A DNA stretch of 62,151 bases, the filler included, from Chiloscyllium plagiosum (taxonomy: Eukaryota), in assembly GCF_004010195.1 (NCBI RefSeq). It is 3 parts of one record of this genome, joined end to end, with 100 filler letters (N's around TTAATTAATTAA, not from the genome) between each part and the next. Parts side by side here need not be neighbours in the genome. Positions count along the whole stretch, not along the records: positions 48,529 to 62,151 come from NC_057710.1; 2 more parts are not named here. One strand, given 5' to 3'. The translations under genes were made by a program, and so were the position numbers. Under the pieces are notes generated by a model. The model made no database searches, was not told the origin of the DNA, and saw nothing but the letters and a program-made list of their open reading frames with translations. Below are positions 61,733-62,151 of the stretch, piece after piece. Position 1 is the stretch's first letter; each line of letters opens with the position of its first letter.

Positions 61733-62151
61733 ATGCTTTTCACAGCAGAGAGCGGCATGAGCTGGGTGGAAGTGAGGTTGGAGTGCAGAGCTGGTCGGGA
61801 AGGTAAGTGATTGATATTTGAGTGGGTATGTTCTAGACCTCAGGCCCTACATAGTAGGGCCTCCCTCCCATCCTCCTCCTCTAACCTAATTTTAAAGTCC
61901 ACAGGTAAGCTACTCAGTGTTCTTGTTTTGGAGACGAGGTGTAGAGTAATGGCAGCGCAGGCAGTGGAATGTTCCTCCTGCAGGATGTTTGAGGTAGGGG
62001 TGACCACCGATACTCCTGCCGACTTCATCTGCAGAAAATGCAGTCAGATCCTGCTCCTCACAGAACGAGTTAGGGAACTGGAACTGGAGTTGGATGAACT
62101 GAAGATTATTCGAGAGGCTGAGAGGGTGATAGATAGAAGCTACAGGAACAT
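61733..62151 (+). mobile_element. 5' end of a younger CR1; ORF1 starts at 61949 and runs off the window
   Basis: Open frame MAAQAVECSSCRMFEV..FICRKCSQILLLTERVRELELELDEL (zinc finger plus leucine zipper). Confidence 0.8.

Overview
Repeat-dense vertebrate genomic DNA, most likely from a shark. This is inferred from HE1/V-SINE-type tRNA-SINEs sharing 3' tails with HER1-type CR1 LINEs. Almost all listed ORFs are transposon fragments or noise. One host gene is recognisable on the + strand, with three coding exons (6644-6713, 10598-10757, 12261-12367). They splice in frame into a signal peptide plus one complete six-cysteine apple (PAN) domain of the prekallikrein/factor XI/fish kalliklectin family. 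No further apple or protease exons were found, and an artificial scaffold gap follows at 16570. The rest of the window consists of nested CR1 LINEs, Gmr1-type Gypsy LTR elements (integrase before RT), solo LTRs, an RTE fragment, V-SINEs, and many Penelope-like elements or short derivatives. The Penelope-like sequences carry minimal hammerhead-ribozyme motifs in at least three sequence families. There are four N gaps, two of which contain an artificial TTAATTAATTAA linker. Repeat boundaries were set by eye and are approximate.
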